Source: a virus. From it: a DNA stretch of 64,000 nt. The notes under the pieces were generated by a model. It did not search any database. It was not told the origin of the DNA and saw only the letters and a program-made list of their open reading frames with translations. Location: IMG/VR virus record IMGVR_UViG_3300029267_003762, positions 1-64,000 of that record; one strand, written 5' to 3'. Within the stretch, counting starts at the first letter, position 1, and each line of letters begins with the position of its first letter. This document shows, in pieces, positions 1 through 7,814 of this stretch. The position numbers and the translations under genes were made by a program.

Positions 1-99
1 GGGCTGACCGCTCGGAACGTGTCGGTTGCTTTGGGGCTGGCGCGCCATACCGTCGGGGCCTGGTTGCTGGGGCGCCAGGGCATCTCTTGGGAGTCGTAC

Positions 100-564
100 A
101 TGCAGGTCGTTGAGTGGGAACCCCGGCTTCGTTCTGATGAGCTGGAGCGCCTCATCGTCGTGAATACTCCAGCCAAGGGTGGTGGAAGACCCCCAGGCTC
201 AACCAACTCCGTCAGTTCGCCTGACTCTGAGCCCAAGGAAGAAGAGGAAGTACGCACAGAAGCCCCCGGTCTCGCCGTGTTTTGGCCTCATGCCCAGTAC
301 CCGTACTTGCTTTGGGGCACCGGGACCAAGTTCGAGGGCCTGTACGCTCGGGTGGAGGAGTACGGGAACAGTACCTTCCTACCCGTCGCCGTCATGGAGA
401 GGAAGACCGGCGAGGAGTTCTCTCATGTGCTGACCAGGTTGGCGCAGGAGCGCAAGGAGGCGCTCAGGGCCGTGGGACATGAGTACGACGAGAAGCTGGC
501 GGAGGCCTTGGGCGACATGCGTCTGTCCCTCAACCGAAGGTCGAAGGCCATTACAAGGAGCTGA
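100..564 (+). CDS. hypothetical phage protein
   Basis: Open frame 19-564; ATG at 100 follows GGGAG; abuts the next gene. Confidence 0.55.
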   Translation: MQVVEWEPRLRSDELERLIVVNTPAKGGGRPPGSTNSVSSPDSEPKEEEEVRTEAPGLAVFWPHAQYPYLLWGTGTKFEGLYARVEEYGNSTFLPVAVMERKTGEEFSHVLTRLAQERKEALRAVGHEYDEKLAEALGDMRLSLNRRSKAITRS

Positions 565-566
565 AC

Positions 567-818
567 ATGCCGACTGACAAGGACTTCGAGGACTATGACC
601 TCGACGAGAAGGCCGTCGTCACCTGCGACGAGGTCTACTGTGAGAAGGAGACGGACCTGGCCCTTCTCATCGTTTTCGACACCAACGACGACGGCTCGCA
701 GGATTCGACGTGGATCCCCAAGTCCTGCGTGCACGACGACTCCGAGGTCTATCAGGAGAACCAGGCCGGGCTACTCGTCGTCAAGCGCTGGAAGGCGGAG
801 AAGGAGGGCTGGGCATGA
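567..818 (+). CDS. small acidic phage protein (WIPKS motif)
   Basis: AAGGAG RBS, typical codon usage, tight packing. Confidence 0.7.
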   Translation: MPTDKDFEDYDLDEKAVVTCDEVYCEKETDLALLIVFDTNDDGSQDSTWIPKSCVHDDSEVYQENQAGLLVVKRWKAEKEGWA

Positions 819-973
819 TGGACCACCAGTTCGAAGAGCTCCAAGGGGAGCAGGGCTGTACTGACGAGACGCTGCTCCAGCTCCTTCTCGACTACGTCAA
901 TGAGCACAACCTGAACGAGTCCGTGGGCGAGTACCTCGAGCACCGGGCGCGGGTGGAGAACAATGAAGTCTGA
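815..973 (+). CDS. hypothetical protein
   Basis: ATGA overlap with the upstream stop; GGAGG RBS. Confidence 0.6.
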   Translation: MMDHQFEELQGEQGCTDETLLQLLLDYVNEHNLNESVGEYLEHRARVENNEV

Positions 974-1508
974 GGTCAAAGTCAAGACCAAGCGCTTCAT
1001 CGATTGCCCGCACTGCGGCGAGGAAGACATGTGCATCGAGCATCTGTTCGACTTCCAGTCGGGGCAAGAAGAGCGGATGGCTGGTCCGTGGCACTGCAGG
1101 CACTGCGGGCACTCGTTCTTCATCTACGTTCGCTCGGATGGTACGGCGCGGATTGAAGAGCGGGAGGAGGTCAGCTATCCCATCTTCATCCTGCTCGAGA
1201 TCCCCCCGCAAGAGCAGTCCATCTTCCTGAAGGTGGCCAGCGACTCTTACGGGCGCCCAGTGGAAGACGACGACCAGCGGTACTTCTACGAGGAGCACAC
1301 CTGCCCCGTGAACTACTTCCGCAGCGTGAAGGAGATCAAGGTCGGCGACGATGACGACCCTCATGGTCTCGCGCTGTATCGGGGATGGTTCGTCGCCGAG
1401 TCGAAAGAAGACCAGCACAAGGCGCGCTGGCTCAAGGACAACGGCAACGAGAAGCAGCACGAACAACTGCCGGAGAAGACAGAAGGAGGTACAGATGAGA
1501 ACCGTTGA
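963..1508 (+). CDS. zinc-ribbon hypothetical protein
   Basis: CPHC...CRHC motifs; GGAG RBS. Confidence 0.65.
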   Translation: MKSEVKVKTKRFIDCPHCGEEDMCIEHLFDFQSGQEERMAGPWHCRHCGHSFFIYVRSDGTARIEEREEVSYPIFILLEIPPQEQSIFLKVASDSYGRPVEDDDQRYFYEEHTCPVNYFRSVKEIKVGDDDDPHGLALYRGWFVAESKEDQHKARWLKDNGNEKQHEQLPEKTEGGTDENR

Positions 1509-2403
1509 ACCAAGCTACGAGATCTTGGCCATTCCCGAGGGTGAGCAGGCTCTTGCCTTGCTCGAGCGTATCGGGCGCGTGGCCTACAAGAGCGAGGACA
1601 AGATCGACAGTGGGTGGGACTGGTGCGAACGCTGTGACGGGCTCGGCTTCATTGATGTCAAGAAGGGTGTGGACGAGATCACTGAAGACTGCCCCGAGTG
1701 TGGTGGGACGCGGGGGGCACAGGTGCGCGAGCCTTCCAGTCACAAGTTCGTCCGCATGATCCTGAAGGCCGAGCGCAAGGCCAAGCTGGTTGAGATGCTC
1801 AAAGCGGCGTACCAGGAGACTTGGCGGGACGAAGAGGCCACTACGTTGGCTCACGATGACCTGCGGGAGCTTCTGGCGGACAAGACCGTACGTCTCGTGC
1901 TCGAGTACATGGAGCAGAACCCGGCACACGAGAGCGTGATCGAACACTGCTCGGCTACGGTCCTGTTCACGGGCAACCGCGGCTTCACCCACGAGCTCGT
2001 TCGCCACCGGCTGGCAGCGTTCACGCAGGAGTCGACGCGCTACTGCAACTACGCCAAGGGCAAGTTCGGCAGCGACATCACGGTCTCGCCCGATCGGCGC
2101 CCCTTGCTCGCGGAGCTCGACAACGGCAAGACCGCCATCGATGCAGCCACGCACTGGAAGGCGGCAGTGGACGAGGTCAGCTTCCGGTACATCGAGATGG
2201 TCAGGGCGGGCATCCCACCGCAGGTCGCCAGGGATGTGCTGCCCCAGGTCTTGAAGGCCGACATCGTCATGACGGCCAACTTCAGGGAGTGGAGGCACAT
2301 CTTCCGGATGCGGGACTCCAAGGCCGCGCACCCGGACATGCAGCAGCTCATGCGGCCGCTGCACGAGGAGTTCCGAAAGCTCGTCCCCATCATCTTCGAC
2401 TGA
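1495..2403 (+). CDS. thyX: flavin-dependent thymidylate synthase with inserted zinc-finger segment
   Basis: ThyX motifs HESVIEH, THELVRHRLAAFTQESTRY, ARDVLP, NFREWRH..R, AHP; AGGAGGT RBS before ATG 1495. Confidence 0.93.
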   Translation: MRTVEPSYEILAIPEGEQALALLERIGRVAYKSEDKIDSGWDWCERCDGLGFIDVKKGVDEITEDCPECGGTRGAQVREPSSHKFVRMILKAERKAKLVEMLKAAYQETWRDEEATTLAHDDLRELLADKTVRLVLEYMEQNPAHESVIEHCSATVLFTGNRGFTHELVRHRLAAFTQESTRYCNYAKGKFGSDITVSPDRRPLLAELDNGKTAIDAATHWKAAVDEVSFRYIEMVRAGIPPQVARDVLPQVLKADIVMTANFREWRHIFRMRDSKAAHPDMQQLMRPLHEEFRKLVPIIFD

Positions 2404-2410
2404 GGTGGGG

Positions 2411-2707
2411 ATGAAGACCAAGATTCGGTACGGCCACGACAGGTACTATGTGCTCGAGGCGGACAGGAAGGCGATGTACGCTCTTCGAGTGATGATCAGC
2501 TACGAGCGGCTGATGTCCCGCATCGGCTCGGCGTACGTGTTGACGCTCGCCTTCGTCCTGATGACTGCCTTGAGGGAGATAGAACTCGGGACCATGTTCG
2601 GCCTGTTCGCCTTCAATCTAGCCACGCTTGCGATCCCGCACGTGCACTACATCATCGACAGAAACAGGGCGAAAGAAGTCATCGAGAAGGAGGCGGAGGA
2701 TGGCTGA
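2411..2707 (+). CDS. small membrane protein
   Basis: Two hydrophobic segments; GAGGTG RBS. Confidence 0.55.
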   Translation: MKTKIRYGHDRYYVLEADRKAMYALRVMISYERLMSRIGSAYVLTLAFVLMTALREIELGTMFGLFAFNLATLAIPHVHYIIDRNRAKEVIEKEAEDG

Positions 2708-2860
2708 CCTGCGCTACATCTCCGAGGCAAACAGGCGCGCCGCAGCTCGAAGGCTGGCGGGACATGACGTCCCCCGAGCCGGCACGCTCCACGAGATCAG
2801 CTACTGCAGACGGTGCGGCGCCGCTTTCTACAGCGAGGAGCCGTGCCCAGGGAGGAGACA

Positions 2861-3103
2861 ATGGGAAGGATGTTCTTCATCATCTGGGACCCCAGGGACG
2901 GGGAGCCCCAGCGAGACAACGGCGTCATCACCTCGGACGGCATCATCGGCCGGGTGACCGAGGAGAACGTGTACATCAAGGCGTACGCTTCCATCAGCGA
3001 AGGCGAGAAGAGGCCCGAGGACCTCGAGGTCGGCGCGCACACCTACGCGGAGTTCTCGTTGTCCGGCTCCAAGGGCCTGTACCGCATCTACCGGGTGGCG
3101 TGA
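2861..3103 (+). CDS. hypothetical protein
   Basis: GGAGGAG RBS, ATG 2861. Confidence 0.6.
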   Translation: MGRMFFIIWDPRDGEPQRDNGVITSDGIIGRVTEENVYIKAYASISEGEKRPEDLEVGAHTYAEFSLSGSKGLYRIYRVA

Positions 3104-3343
3104 TGGGCGAGGTCCACTACGCCAGCACCCGGCTGCACAACAACGCCGGCATGCAGTTCCCGCTGTGTCGGCAGAACGACCGGCTCCTCGACTTGAGTCT
3201 CCGCGTCAAGTTCGGCAGGACCACCGAGGTCACCTCAAGGGAGGGCTCAACTACGGCGGCTGCTACGACCTCGTCAACAAGATCGCCCCGATCTCCAAAC
3301 CGGCGTTCGAGTCGATGATGTACGAGGCGGACCAGGAGGTACC

Positions 3344-3565
3344 GTGAATCGAGAATACAAGCAGGGTGACCGGGTCCAGCTGCACCCCGCCACCGACTTT
3401 TGGATGAGCGGAGCCCGATACGGCGAGGTCATCCAATGCAGCCTGCGCATGAGCAAAAAGAAGCCGGACGGCACCAGGACCCACTCGTTCAAGTACAAGG
3501 TGCGCTTGGACAGCGGCCACACGGCGTGGTTCAAAGAGCAGGACATCCAGGAGAAGGTCACATGA
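3344..3565 (+). CDS. small KOW/SH3-like phage protein
   Basis: YKQGDRVQL...GEV...YKVRLD pattern; AGGAGGT RBS. Confidence 0.6.
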   Translation: MNREYKQGDRVQLHPATDFWMSGARYGEVIQCSLRMSKKKPDGTRTHSFKYKVRLDSGHTAWFKEQDIQEKVT

Positions 3566-3978
3566 GCGGCAGCGACGAGATGGGTAGCCCCTTCAGCATG
3601 CAGGACGTGGTGCGGGACATCGTCAGGCGCGGCAGCTATGTGAAGAAGGCGCGGATGATCGTGGAGCTCGAGTTGTCGGACGGGCGCCACGCCGTTGCTC
3701 GTACCAACGAGTACACGTGCTCCGAGCAGGAGGCTGTTCAAGCTTCCATACGAGGCCTGGGCAATTCGGCTCTATTCGTGACCGTGAAGCTCGCCATGGA
3801 CGTGCTGCGGGTGCAGGCCGACCACTTCGTCGAACGCCTCGTCAAACAGGCAGAAGAAGAGGAGAAAGAAGCCGTCCGCATCAAGCAGTACTTGAACAAG
3901 CTTTCGGGCCAGGACGATGAGGAATCCAGGCTTCTTCGTTCGTGGCTACAGGATGCTCTCAAGCATCGCGGTCTTTGA
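3562..3978 (+). CDS. hypothetical protein
   Basis: ATGA overlap; C-terminal coiled coil. Confidence 0.55.
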   Translation: MSGSDEMGSPFSMQDVVRDIVRRGSYVKKARMIVELELSDGRHAVARTNEYTCSEQEAVQASIRGLGNSALFVTVKLAMDVLRVQADHFVERLVKQAEEEEKEAVRIKQYLNKLSGQDDEESRLLRSWLQDALKHRGL

Positions 3979-4051
3979 CTTTTCTGTTGACCGAGGTTGC
4001 CGTGGGCAGTAGAACAGAAGCCTGCCCAGGCAGCCTGGTCTTTGCATCTTC

Positions 4052-4411
4052 GGGGGTGACTTGGTTTCGACGTGGATGTCGAAGCGTCTTCTGCGTGCAG
4101 GCAGAGGCACCGGAACTGCCTTGACCAAACTGGTGCAGCGTAGTTGCCAACGACAACAACGCACTCGCCGCCGTCGCTTGATGGTGGCCGTCGACGGGCG
4201 AGGTGTCTCGCGTAGCCCTGAGGCGTCAACCACTCGAGGCTGAGCCCTACCGGTGGTCTCCTGACGGACCTGAAGAAGGGCGAGATTCATTGGGAGATGA
4301 CTGGCTGGAAAGACAGCCGAACCCCGCTGGGAGGGTAGACCAGCTACGCACGTGAACGAGGAAGCCGTGTAGCTTTCGCGGACCGCAGTTCGATTCTGCG
4401 CACCTCCACCA
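4052..4411 (+). ncRNA. ssrA: tmRNA, tag peptide (A)ANDNNALAAVA
   Basis: 5' GGGGGTGAC..GGTTTCGAC; 3' T-arm CGCAG-TTCGATT-CTGCG and CACCTCC-ACCA; G3-U wobble in the acceptor stem; tag ORF 4146-4181. Confidence 0.95.
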
Positions 4412-4424
4412 ATAGAAAGGGCAC

Positions 4425-4907
4425 ATGATGGAGTACAACGAGGTTGTACCGCTGTACGCGGACAAGTTCTTCGCTCGTGTGGGCTCTCCTACTTCGACAG
4501 GGTGCCGAGAGTGGCAAGCCGGACTGGACAAGGACGGTTACGGCCACTTTCAGTTTCGGCACGAAGGCAAGAAGTACAAGGTTCGAGCTCATCGAGCGGC
4601 CTACATGTTGGCCGGCAACTGGCTGCCTCCGGGCGCCATTCTCCGACATACCTGCGACAATCCTGCGTGCGTGAACCCTGAGCACCTTCTGTGGGGTACA
4701 CACGCTGACAACGTTCAAGACTGCGTGAGTCGGGGAAGGAACGCGTTTGGGGAAGGTAACGGCAGGCATGTCATGTGTGACGACGAGGTGTTGGAGCTTC
4801 GAGCTTCTGCCTCTTCTTTCATCCATGAGCAAGCGCACAAGTACGGTGTCGATGAGGCGGCCATACGCGCTGCGTTAGCCCAGCGTACTTGGACCCATGT
4901 GCCTTGA
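4425..4907 (+). CDS. HNH homing endonuclease
   Basis: CREW..GYG..RAHR..Y, LRHTCDNPACVNPEHL..GT..DN..D. Confidence 0.9.
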   Translation: MMEYNEVVPLYADKFFARVGSPTSTGCREWQAGLDKDGYGHFQFRHEGKKYKVRAHRAAYMLAGNWLPPGAILRHTCDNPACVNPEHLLWGTHADNVQDCVSRGRNAFGEGNGRHVMCDDEVLELRASASSFIHEQAHKYGVDEAAIRAALAQRTWTHVP

Positions 4908-5281
4908 GATCTTTGCTGCTGGGCCGATAACCCAGCGGGCAGAGTAGGTATGTTCCACCAGAGGGGCTCGCACACCCACTCGAACGGGCCAGCCGGGCCC
5001 CTTGCCGTGCGAGGCGAGGGTGGACCGGCACTTGTTCTCATCCCAGGGTGCCGACAGGCGTAAAACTGATGATGGCTTAGGTCACCTGGTCCGACCGAAA
5101 GCCCCCAGCTGAGCAGGGACCAGCGTGCAAGACGGGAACGTGCGCAGAGCTCAGCACACCCTTGGTCGGTTCGTTCTGACCTCGTGGTGCCCGTGACAGC
5201 CGGGATAGACCGGCACTTCTTTTGGGCTTCGGCCCTGAAGCCGGGGAACCTTCGCCAGGCCAGCGAACTGCCATTCCTCGG

Positions 5282-5354
5282 GAGCCTGATACTCGAAGGA
5301 ACGAGTGCACGAGTTCTTGTCGTGTTTCTGCAGGTTCGAGTCCTGCCAGGCTCG
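5282..5354 (+). tRNA. tRNA-Arg(UCU)-like, atypical anticodon loop
   Basis: Acceptor GAGCCTG/CAGGCTC; D-stem CTCG/CGAG; anticodon stem CACGA/TCGTG with loop GTTCTTG; T-arm GCAGG-TTCGAGT-CCTGC. Confidence 0.7.
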
Positions 5355-5446
5355 CTGGGTACCTGGGTCCCCCTCCGTCGACGGAGGACAGGCCCGGGGT
5401 CGGAGGGATGGGCTCCTACTCAAGCCCGTGATGATGCTGCATGCGG

Positions 5447-5512
5447 ACCTGGGTCGCTCAATGGTAGGGTACGTGGGGACACGGTATGCGGGTTCGACTC
5501 CCGTCCCATCTC
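5447..5512 (+). pseudogene. degenerate tRNA-like element
   Basis: D-arm GCTCAATGGTAGGGT and T-arm GCGGG-TTCGACT-CCCGT intact; anticodon arm reduced to CGTG-GGGA-CACG; acceptor stem poorly paired. Confidence 0.5.
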
Positions 5513-5537
5513 ATTCAACGTGTGCAGCCTCTCTCAT

Positions 5538-5616
5538 AGCGGGATAGAGGAGTCTGGTCGTCCTCGCAGGGCTCATAACTCTGAGATCGGTGGTTCGAAC
5601 CCACCTCCCGCAACCA
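5538..5616 (+). tRNA. tRNA-Met(CAU), initiator-like
   Basis: Full cloverleaf; loop CTCATAA; 1:72 mismatch; GGG in the anticodon stem; encoded CCA. Confidence 0.92.
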
Positions 5617-5617
5617 G

Positions 5618-5809
5618 ATGAAAGCTCGAGCAGTAGAGGTGGTGATCACGGTGCTGTGCTTGGTGGCCGCCGGCGCGGTCGCCTACTTCATGCTTCGGCC
5701 TGGTCCATGTGACGGCGTGAAGTGCCCCGAGGGCACCTACCCCATGGAGCAAGGCGCCGGACTGTTCACCTCGAGGTGCTCGTGCATCGGGCATCCGAAG
5801 GATCCGTAG
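5618..5809 (+). CDS. small Cys-rich membrane-anchored protein
   Basis: N-terminal hydrophobic helix, then several Cys; stop overlaps the next tRNA. Confidence 0.4.
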   Translation: MKARAVEVVITVLCLVAAGAVAYFMLRPGPCDGVKCPEGTYPMEQGAGLFTSRCSCIGHPKDP

Positions 5810-5873
5810 CTCAATTGGTGAGAGCCCCCGGCTCATAACCGGGCTGTTGGCGGTTCGAACCCGCCCGGATCTA
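5800..5873 (+). tRNA. tRNA with CAU anticodon (Ile2-like or elongator Met)
   Basis: GGATCCG/CGGATCT acceptor; GCTC/GAGC D-stem; CCCGG-CTCATAA-CCGGG; GGCGG-TTCGAAC-CCGCC. Confidence 0.9.
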
Positions 5874-5875
5874 CT

Positions 5876-6302
5876 GAGTTCTGTCAGGAGGTAGGCCTAG
5901 AAGCAGCCATCCTTCAAAGAGTCGCCAATGGCAGCAGCCGGAGTACCAGCGATGGACCGCCGGCCCGAGAGGCTTCGGCCTCGAAGCGTCCCACCAGACG
6001 TTTGCACCACCAGGTTAGTCCCAGGTGGGAGTCTTAGAGCTCATTGGGGAATGTGGGCGTAGAGCCATCGGGAAGCGAATGTGGGAGGTAAACCGCGTCA
6101 GCCTTTTCAAAGCCTGGTAACAGGTGGAGTTCCTGAGTCCTGACGTGGGGGAAGTACCATCAGTAGCACGGCCGGTTTTGCCCGCACGGACGAGAGGAAC
6201 TGCGGGTTTGACTTGAAGGGATCAGAATGAGCCCTGTGCCCCTTCGGGGATGACCGGTACAGCCCTAAGAGCGTTTGGCGTAGCAGCACACTGTCAGAAC
6301 TC
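5876..6302 (+). ncRNA. large structured RNA with a 23S rRNA L11-binding-domain copy and a sarcin-ricin-loop-like hairpin
   Basis: Closing helix GAGTTCTGTCAG (5876-5887)/CTGTCAGAACTC (6291-6302); CAGGAGGTAGGCCTAGAAGCAGCCATCCTTCAAAGAGT...GCGTAGCAGCACACTG; hairpin CCCGCA-CGGACGAGAGGAAC-TGCGGG at 6181-6206. Confidence 0.8.
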
Positions 6303-6310
6303 GCAACTCA

Positions 6311-6389
6311 GGGACGGCGGCATGGTGTCTGGGGAGACCCCAGGCCGGCCCGCTCGGGGGTTCATGAAACACCGCCGTCCTCTCTTTTT
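6311..6389 (+). terminator. hairpin plus U-tract ending the RNA-gene cluster
   Basis: GGGACGGCGG.../CCGCCGTCCT followed by CTCTTTTT. Confidence 0.45.
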
Positions 6390-6407
6390 AGCCGCCAGGA
6401 GCAGAAG

Positions 6408-6776
6408 ATGCGTTTGAAAACAAAGCTGAAGAAGATCTTGAGCACCCGTCTCACCGACGTGACGACGCGCGCGGCCAAGCGACTTCCGACCCGCATGCTC
6501 GAGGGCATCGTGTGGGCCGGCTACTATGTGCCGCGCACGCTCAAGCTGCCCATCGTCGGGTCGCTGCACACCGCCGCGTTCTTCGAGTACGGAGATCGGC
6601 TCGAGTCAGAGTCCCCCCTGCCGGCTGGGCGCAAGAGCGCGTACGAGCGCAAGACCTCGAATCAGGCTGCGGGGTGCAGGGGCGTCAAAGGCCGGACCAC
6701 GGTCATCGAGATGAGCGAGCCCTTGGAGAGCTACCCGATCCCGCGACATCGCCCGGCTACGGAGATCGACGCATGA
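6408..6776 (+). CDS. hypothetical basic protein
   Basis: AGGAG RBS; ATGA overlap with the next gene. Confidence 0.55.
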   Translation: MRLKTKLKKILSTRLTDVTTRAAKRLPTRMLEGIVWAGYYVPRTLKLPIVGSLHTAAFFEYGDRLESESPLPAGRKSAYERKTSNQAAGCRGVKGRTTVIEMSEPLESYPIPRHRPATEIDA

Positions 6777-7231
6777 GCACAGAGAGGTCGCTACGCGACG
6801 TGCTCGAGGGCAGGGGCGAGCTGCGCAAGCCCAAGAGGGCGGGCTTCTGGGCCGATAACCCACCGAAAGAAGATGGCAAGTCTCAGGGCCTCATGCAGTA
6901 CCTGCGCATGGAGCATGAGAAGTCGATGCAGGAGTACCCGATTGCACAGCAGCATGTAGACCCGCAGTGGGCTATCGACAGCCCGGTAGAATGGGCGGCA
7001 GTAGTGACGCACCTTCGCGCCGGCAAGGAGAAGGACTGGTACAAGGGCTCGTCGAGCTGCCGGTTGTGCGGGTGCACCGACGGATCGGCGGACATGACGG
7101 ACGGTGAGTGGGTGTGGCCCCAGGGTCTCCTGCACTACATCATCGTGCACGACGTCAAGCCTCCGAACCAGGAGTTCATCGACCACTGCGTGCGGGAGCT
7201 CAAGAGGCGCTTCGCCTTCAAGGACGGTTGA
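6773..7231 (+). CDS. conserved hypothetical protein
   Basis: YKG.S.CRLC...G....TDG.W.WP.GL.HY...H motif. Confidence 0.65.
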   Translation: MSTERSLRDVLEGRGELRKPKRAGFWADNPPKEDGKSQGLMQYLRMEHEKSMQEYPIAQQHVDPQWAIDSPVEWAAVVTHLRAGKEKDWYKGSSSCRLCGCTDGSADMTDGEWVWPQGLLHYIIVHDVKPPNQEFIDHCVRELKRRFAFKDG

Positions 7232-7256
7232 GTCGTCCGCCGCTCACCTGTACTCT
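7228..7256 (+). promoter_or_regulatory. sigma70-like promoter, probably leaderless transcript
   Basis: TTGAGT-N17-TACTCT, 6 nt before ATG 7263. Confidence 0.5.
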
Positions 7257-7262
7257 ACCGTC

Positions 7263-7808
7263 ATGGAAGAGCGACTTGTAGAAGAAGAACCGAAGGAAGA
7301 GCAGAGCAAGCCGCACGAGCGGATCGCGGAGCTCGAGGTGGAGCTGGCAGCGGCCAAGGCCAAGAAGGCCGACGCAGAAGCCCGCGCGGCCAACCAGAAG
7401 GCCTTCGGGGACAAGGCGCGGGCTTGGAGGGAGTGGGTGCAGCTCGGCCTGCTCATTCTCGGCCCGGCGCTAGGCGGCTACGCCGTGCTCACGAAGGCCT
7501 CGTCCGAGAAGGTGGAGAAGAATTACGATCGGACCAGGGAGGCCATCGAACGGCTTGACGAGAACGTACAGGAGCAGCACAAGGCCACGAAAGATGCGGT
7601 CGACTTCACAGAGAAGGCGACCAAGGCCGTGGCGAGTGCTCTGCCCGTCCCCGCAACCTCCGCGGCTCCCTCAGCGGCAGGGGGCACGGGTGGGGGCACC
7701 CACCACGCGGCGAGCGACGAGCCCCCTCAGCCGGACATCCCCGATCCCCCGAAGCTGTCCGAACCAAAACCTCCAGTTGCGCTGCCCCCTGCCTCTGCCG
7801 CATTCTGA
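7263..7808 (+). CDS. coiled-coil membrane protein with Pro-rich tail
   Basis: One TM helix flanked by coiled coils. Confidence 0.6.
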   Translation: MEERLVEEEPKEEQSKPHERIAELEVELAAAKAKKADAEARAANQKAFGDKARAWREWVQLGLLILGPALGGYAVLTKASSEKVEKNYDRTREAIERLDENVQEQHKATKDAVDFTEKATKAVASALPVPATSAAPSAAGGTGGGTHHAASDEPPQPDIPDPPKLSEPKPPVALPPASAAF

Positions 7809-7814
7809 GAGCCC

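Noticed and set aside
5066-5106. Hammerhead ribozyme (CTGATGA...GAAA)
   Set aside because: The core words are present and GGGGCTC at ~4963 could supply stem III, but I could not form stem I and stem II is weak.
5937-5964. Second sarcin-ricin-like motif (AGTACCAGCGATGGACC)
   Set aside because: It has AGUA and a GNRA loop, but the register does not match the SRL; treated as an ordinary hairpin of the ncRNA.
5876-6302. True 23S rRNA gene or host contamination
   Set aside because: Only two short rRNA elements are present, rearranged and closed by a new helix; the flanks are phage tRNA and phage ORFs.
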